Below are positions 59,255 through 64,000 of a stretch of DNA of 64,000 nt, piece by piece (within the stretch, counting starts at the first letter, position 1; the number at the start of each line of letters is the position of its first letter). This DNA is from an uncultured Deferribacteraceae bacterium (GTDB taxonomy: Bacteria > Chrysiogenota > Deferribacteres > Deferribacterales > Mucispirillaceae). The position numbers and the translations under genes were made by a program. Location of the stretch: positions 24,257 through 88,256 of the forward strand of contig CAMRCY010000003.1 in the NCBI GenBank assembly GCA_947041165.1, read 5' to 3'. Under the pieces are notes generated by a model. That model searched no databases. It was not told the origin of the DNA and saw only the letters and a list, made by a program, of their open reading frames with translations.

Positions 59255-60130
59255 CTATATAAGGTTTTGTATCTGTTCTTTGATTTTATCGATCTGTGAT
59301 TTTGCATCAATAACAAATGTGATAATAGATGATTTTGTAGATTTTGAAGCGATCGTATTAAACTCTCGATTTAGTTCGATAGTTAGAAAGTCTAATTTTT
59401 TACCAATCTCTTCTTCTGTATCTATAATTGTTTTGAATTGTGTGATATGAGAATGAATTCGTACAATCTCTTCTGTGATATCTGCTTTCTCACTATGAAT
59501 AACTGCTTCTTGAATAATTCTATCTTCTGATATATTTTCTAATTTAAACATATCCATTTTAGCTTTCAACCTATCCATCCATAATTGATACACATCTTCT
59601 TTACTATTTTCAATACTTACAATTAATTCTGCAATATTATTTAATCTATTAATAATATCAGCGATCAAAATATTACCCTCTGATATACGCATAACATTGA
59701 TATCATCAATCGCTTTAAGTAGAGATTCTTCAATGATAGGCTCGATAAGTTCCGTAGATGTTTCATCATATTTAAATGATATTAAATCAGGTAATTTAAG
59801 GTAATCTTGTAACCCTGCTTCAGCAGATATATTAGCCTCTGATTTTAAGGTATACATTAAGGTTTTATATTTTTTTAACAGTTCAATATTCAGTTCTGGT
59901 AAACGCTCTGTTTTTTTAACTTCTAGTTCGATGCGTACATCAACCTTTCCACGTTTAAGTTTATCTTGAATAATCTTTCTGTATTTAAGATCGTTATCCA
60001 ACAACGTCCTAGGCGTTTTAAGAGAGATATCACAATATTTACTATTAATAGATCTAATCGTAATCGTGACATCCATATCATCAGACAATAAACTATACTT
60101 ACCAAAACCAGTCATACTTTTAATATTCAT
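59255..60130 (-). CDS. yicC: YicC family stress-induced protein
   Basis: Start moved to MNIKSMTGFG (ATG 60130, GGAG 9 nt upstream); N-terminal MTGFG hallmark, ~290 aa. Confidence 0.8.
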   Translation of the reverse strand: MNIKSMTGFGKYSLLSDDMDVTITIRSINSKYCDISLKTPRTLLDNDLKYRKIIQDKLKRGKVDVRIELEVKKTERLPELNIELLKKYKTLMYTLKSEANISAEAGLQDYLKLPDLISFKYDETSTELIEPIIEESLLKAIDDINVMRISEGNILIADIINRLNNIAELIVSIENSKEDVYQLWMDRLKAKMDMFKLENISEDRIIQEAVIHSEKADITEEIVRIHSHITQFKTIIDTEEEIGKKLDFLTIELNREFNTIASKSTKSSIITFVIDAKSQIDKIKEQIQNLI

Positions 60131-60297
60131 AAACTCTACTCCAACTATTATATAAGCGAATAGTATTATGGTGAATATATTCAATAAAATCAACATCTAA
60201 TATAATTTTAGATACTAGAAACCCTTGATAACTCTCTTGCATTTTAAAGGTGTCTATGTTAATGTAGGGATCAATATAATTTATATGGGAGAAAATC

Positions 60298-61074
60298 ATG
60301 AATACACTTCAAATTATCAACCCTTCAATGATAACTACAGTTTTTATAGTTATCGGTATCGGGATTGTATTTCTTAAAATGGTTAGAATTTTAAACGAAT
60401 TCGAAAGAGCTGTTGTTTTTAGACTTGGTAGATATGTCGGAATTAGAGGACCTGGACTAATTATCCTTATTCCTTTTATCGAGAAAATGGTTCGTGTTAA
60501 CATGAGAACAATCGTTATGGACGTGCCTCCACAAGATATTATCACTAAAGACAACGTATCGCTTAAAGTGAATGCTGTTGTATACTTTAGAATAATCTCT
60601 CCTGAGAAATCTATTCTTGAAGTTGAAAATGTTGAGTACGCTACAAGTCAGATATCTCAAACTACATTACGTAGTATTATCGGTCAATTTGAGTTAGATG
60701 ATATCTTATCTCAAAGGGATAAAATTAATATGGAAATGCAAACAGTAATAGATAAACAAACTGATCCATGGGGTGTTAAAATCTCAGCTGTTGAGATCAA
60801 ACATATAGATCTACCTGTTGAAATGCAGAAAGCTATGAGCCGTCAAGCTGAAGCTGAAAGAGAAAGAAGAGCTAGAGTAATCGCTGCTGAAGGTGAGTTT
60901 GAAGCATCTACTAAATTGGCTGAAGCATCTAAAATTATGGATAAAAATCCTGCAACATTGCAGTTACGTTATCTGCAAACTTTATCTGAAATAGGTTCAA
61001 AAAGTGGTTCTTCAACGATTATACCATTCCCTATTGATTTAATTAAAGCAATTCTTGGCAAAGACAGTAAGTAA
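60298..61074 (+). CDS. SPFH/band-7 (stomatin/prohibitin-like) membrane protein
   Basis: 258 aa; N-terminal TM plus SPFH domain ([28 protein letters not shown]...), coiled-coil C-terminus. Confidence 0.85.
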   Translation: MNTLQIINPSMITTVFIVIGIGIVFLKMVRILNEFERAVVFRLGRYVGIRGPGLIILIPFIEKMVRVNMRTIVMDVPPQDIITKDNVSLKVNAVVYFRIISPEKSILEVENVEYATSQISQTTLRSIIGQFELDDILSQRDKINMEMQTVIDKQTDPWGVKISAVEIKHIDLPVEMQKAMSRQAEAERERRARVIAAEGEFEASTKLAEASKIMDKNPATLQLRYLQTLSEIGSKSGSSTIIPFPIDLIKAILGKDSK

Positions 61075-61159
61075 TTAGAATTTCATATACATATAGCAGA
61101 AGGTATCTTTTATTGATATTTTCTGCTATTTTTTATTACTCAAAATAAAGGTAGTAACA

Positions 61160-63304
61160 ATGACAAACATTAACGAGATATTAGTAAAAGAATTTAATAG
61201 AAAAAATCAAGACATGGATAACTTGATAAAACTCCATCAAGAAGGCAACACAGTACCGTTCATCGCAAGATATAGAAAAGAGATGACTGGAGCTATGGAC
61301 GAAACCGTCATACGTGATGTTATTGAACGATATGAATATCTTATTAGTCTTGAAAAAAGAAAAGATGATATTATAAAAAATATAGATGAAAAAGGTAAAT
61401 TAACAGATCTATTAATGAAAACGATAGTTAATGCTAAAACTTTAACCGAACTTGAAGATATCTATGCACCTTATAAATCTAAACGTAAAACTAAAGCAGA
61501 TATAGCAAAAGAAGCAGGGGTTGAACCTCTTGCGATATATATAAAATCAACAGCTGATCTATCGTTTATTGACGATGAAGCTATAAAATATATTAATGAA
61601 GTTGTGGTGGATATTAAAACAGCTATAGATATGGCTAGGGATATTTTAACTGAAGATATCTCTCACACTATTACAGTTAAAAACAGATTGAGAGAGTTAT
61701 ATTTTGAAACAGCTATAATCTCATCTAAAAAACATTCAGATACAAAAGAAGAGAGAAGCAGTTATGAAAACTATTACGAGTTCGATCAAAAAGTAGCAAT
61801 AATTCCTCCTCATAGAATTTTAGCTATTTTTAGAGGAGAGAAAGAGAACGCTCTAAAAGTTAAAATCGAGATCGATGATGAACTCGCAACAAATGCGATA
61901 TCTGCCATACTTTATAACACAACATTTCAGCAGAATGAACACGTAGAAAGAGCGATATCAAGAGCTTATAAATCATTCCTATCTCCATCAATCGAGTTAG
62001 AGTTAAGGTCTGAATTAAAATCTAACGCTGAACTTAGAGCTATTAATGTGTTCTCTGAAAATCTTGCAGCACTACTGCTCACACCAACAATTAAAGGTAG
62101 AAGAATAATCGGTATTGATCCTGCATTTAGAACTGGTTGTAAATATGCTGCGATTGATGACACAGGAAAATTGTTAAGCTATGGAGTGATCTACCCTACT
62201 CAACCTGCTTGCAACTATGAAGGCAGTAAAGATATTGTTGTAAGTACTATTAAAAAATATAACTTAAACACGATAGCTATTGGAAACGGAACAGCATCGA
62301 GAGAAACTGAAGAATTTGTTGCAAAAGTGATAAGTGAAGAAGGACTCGCTATAGATTACACGATTGTTAATGAAGCTGGTGCATCTGTTTATTCTGCAAG
62401 TGAGATTGCGAAAGCTGAATTTCCTGATATAGATTTAACATTTCGTGGAGCTATTTCAATTGCTAGAAGAGTTATAGATCCGTTATCTGAACTTGTAAAA
62501 ATTGAACCTAAATCAATTGGTGTTGGAATGTATCAACACGATGTGTCTGCTAAGAAATTAGATAAATCATTAAAGACAGTTGTTGAAACAGTTGTAAACT
62601 CTGTTGGTGTTAATTTAAATACAGCGTCAACATCTCTACTAAAATATATAGCTGGACTGAACTCAACTATCGCTGAAAATATTATAAAATTTAGAGAGAA
62701 AAAAGGCAGGTTTACCAAACGATCAGAACTGCTTGATATCCCAGGACTTGGTGAATCTATCTATCGTCAATGTGCAGGATTTTTAAAAATATATGATGGT
62801 GAAGAGAAACTTGATAAGATATTTATCCACCCAGAAAGCTATGAAGCAACATATAAACTTTTAAATAAATTAGGTATAGATATCGATAACGCTAATATGA
62901 TTAGATTGAAATTAAAAACTATTAATAAAGAAGAGATATTAAAGGAACTTGGTATAGGTGCGTTTACATTCGATGATATTATAGCAAACTTAGAGAAACC
63001 TGATAGAGATATTAGAGATAATGTAGATCCGATAATTTTCAAGAATGGGATAGTATCACTTGAAGATATTGAGATCGGAAGTAGACTAAATGGTAAGATT
63101 ACAAACATAGTTGATTTTGGTGCATTTGTTGATGTAGGGCTTAAAAATGATGGTTTAATTCACTTATCTCAACTAGCTGATAAGTTTATTAAAAGTCCAT
63201 CAGAAGTTGTTAAAGTTGGCGACAATGTGAAGGTTAGAGTTTTAGAGATTGATAAGAATAGAAACCGTGTTTCACTCACAATGAAAAGTCAAACTACAGA
63301 CTAG
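61160..63304 (+). CDS. tex: transcription accessory protein Tex (S1 RNA-binding domain protein)
   Basis: 714 aa; LHQEGNTVPFIARYRKEMTG YqgF/HhH architecture, C-terminal S1 domain (GKITNIVDFGAFVDVG). Confidence 0.9.
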   Translation: MTNINEILVKEFNRKNQDMDNLIKLHQEGNTVPFIARYRKEMTGAMDETVIRDVIERYEYLISLEKRKDDIIKNIDEKGKLTDLLMKTIVNAKTLTELEDIYAPYKSKRKTKADIAKEAGVEPLAIYIKSTADLSFIDDEAIKYINEVVVDIKTAIDMARDILTEDISHTITVKNRLRELYFETAIISSKKHSDTKEERSSYENYYEFDQKVAIIPPHRILAIFRGEKENALKVKIEIDDELATNAISAILYNTTFQQNEHVERAISRAYKSFLSPSIELELRSELKSNAELRAINVFSENLAALLLTPTIKGRRIIGIDPAFRTGCKYAAIDDTGKLLSYGVIYPTQPACNYEGSKDIVVSTIKKYNLNTIAIGNGTASRETEEFVAKVISEEGLAIDYTIVNEAGASVYSASEIAKAEFPDIDLTFRGAISIARRVIDPLSELVKIEPKSIGVGMYQHDVSAKKLDKSLKTVVETVVNSVGVNLNTASTSLLKYIAGLNSTIAENIIKFREKKGRFTKRSELLDIPGLGESIYRQCAGFLKIYDGEEKLDKIFIHPESYEATYKLLNKLGIDIDNANMIRLKLKTINKEEILKELGIGAFTFDDIIANLEKPDRDIRDNVDPIIFKNGIVSLEDIEIGSRLNGKITNIVDFGAFVDVGLKNDGLIHLSQLADKFIKSPSEVVKVGDNVKVRVLEIDKNRNRVSLTMKSQTTD

Positions 63305-63329
63305 TTTACGATAGTAAATCAAATGTGAT

Positions 63330-64000
63330 TGCTTGTTAAGTGTGATTGGTTAGTAAGTATGGTTGTTTGACTTGGTGCGATGGGTTAGCTCGGTGCGATT
63401 GCTTATTAAGTGTAATTATTTATTAAGCGTGATTACTTGTTAAGTGTGATTGTTTAGTTAACTATAATTAATCCAGCTTGTTGTGATTTGCTTCACAGGT
63501 GTATTTGCTCGGCTTGTTCGATTGTGTAAAGAGTGTGATTGCTTGTTAAATAGATTACTTATTAATTGTAATTACTTATTAAGCATGACTACTTGTTAAG
63601 TGTGATTTTTAGTTAGCTATAATTAACCCAGCTTGTTGTGATTTGCTTCACAGGTGTATTTGCTCGGCTTGTTAGATTGTGCAAAGAGTGTGATTGTTTA
63701 TTAAGCGTGACTACTTGTTAAGTGTGATTGTTTAGTTAGCTATAATTAACCCAGCTTGTTGTGATTTGCTTCGCAAGTGTATTTACTCGGCTTGTTAGAT
63801 TGTGCAAAGAGTGTGATTGCTTATTAAGTGTAAGTATTTATTAAGCGTGACTACTTGTTAAGTATGATTGTTTAGTTAACTATAATTAATCCAGCTTGTT
63901 GTGATTTGCTTCGCAAATGTATTTACTTGGCTTGTTAGATTGTGCAAAGAGTGTGATTGCTTGTTAAATAGATTACTTATTAAGTGTAATTATTTATTAA
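63330..64000. repeat. complex ~133-148-bp tandem repeat x >=4 with nested 17-bp sub-repeats, runs to window end
   Basis: Conserved core tataattaa[c/t]ccagcttgttgtgatttgcttc.ca..tgtatttgctcggcttgtt.gattgtg.aaagagtgtgattg recurs at ~63459, 63607, 63740, 63888; variable part made of 'ttattaag[c/t]gtgattac' units. Confidence 0.85.

Noticed and set aside
63330-64000. Possible CRISPR array (regular repeats with intervening segments)
   Set aside because: Intervening segments are built from the same 17-bp sub-repeat and are not unique spacers; unit length (~148 bp) and absence of cas genes argue against CRISPR. The same applies to the 35-bp array at 34618-34945, which has no spacers at all.
1-64000. 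tRNA/rRNA genes, IS elements/transposases, integrases
   Set aside because: All intergenic regions over 100 bp were scanned; none showed cloverleaf-compatible sequence, terminal inverted repeats with a transposase ORF, or recombinase motifs.

Overview
This is a low-GC (~30%) bacterial chromosomal segment, apparently from a flagellated, respiring Gram-negative-type organism (TonB, MurJ, lipoproteins, cbb3 oxidase, CheW, flagellar rod protein). Most of the window is conserved housekeeping genes with recognisable motifs: plsC (partial), ahcY, metK, rimI-tsaB, murJ, ihfB-like, recG, cheW, mutS2, pyrK-pyrD, potABCD, tex. There is also a cbb3-type cytochrome oxidase locus (ccoN, ccoO plus an extra cytochrome c domain, ccoG, ccoH, ccoS, ccoI) and a heat-shock module (hsp20, dnaJ, hspR, clpB, sigma-70 factor). 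Three things stand out. (1) A small accessory islet at about 53.9-59.2 kb contains a ThsB-like TIR-like (DUF1863) protein next to a small multi-TM protein and a cI-like XRE/S24 repressor, which is a candidate undescribed defence or abortive-infection module. (2) An array of about 51 tandem 18-bp units (51.2-52.2 kb) could encode an Asn/Gln-rich hexapeptide-repeat protein immediately downstream of a flagellar rod gene. (3) The window has an unusual density of intergenic minisatellites (15, 33, 35, 55, 56 and ~148 bp units) and in-frame coding repeats, with two unannotated CcoS/CcoQ-like micro-ORFs in the cco cluster. No tRNA/rRNA genes, CRISPR arrays, integrases or transposases were recognised.
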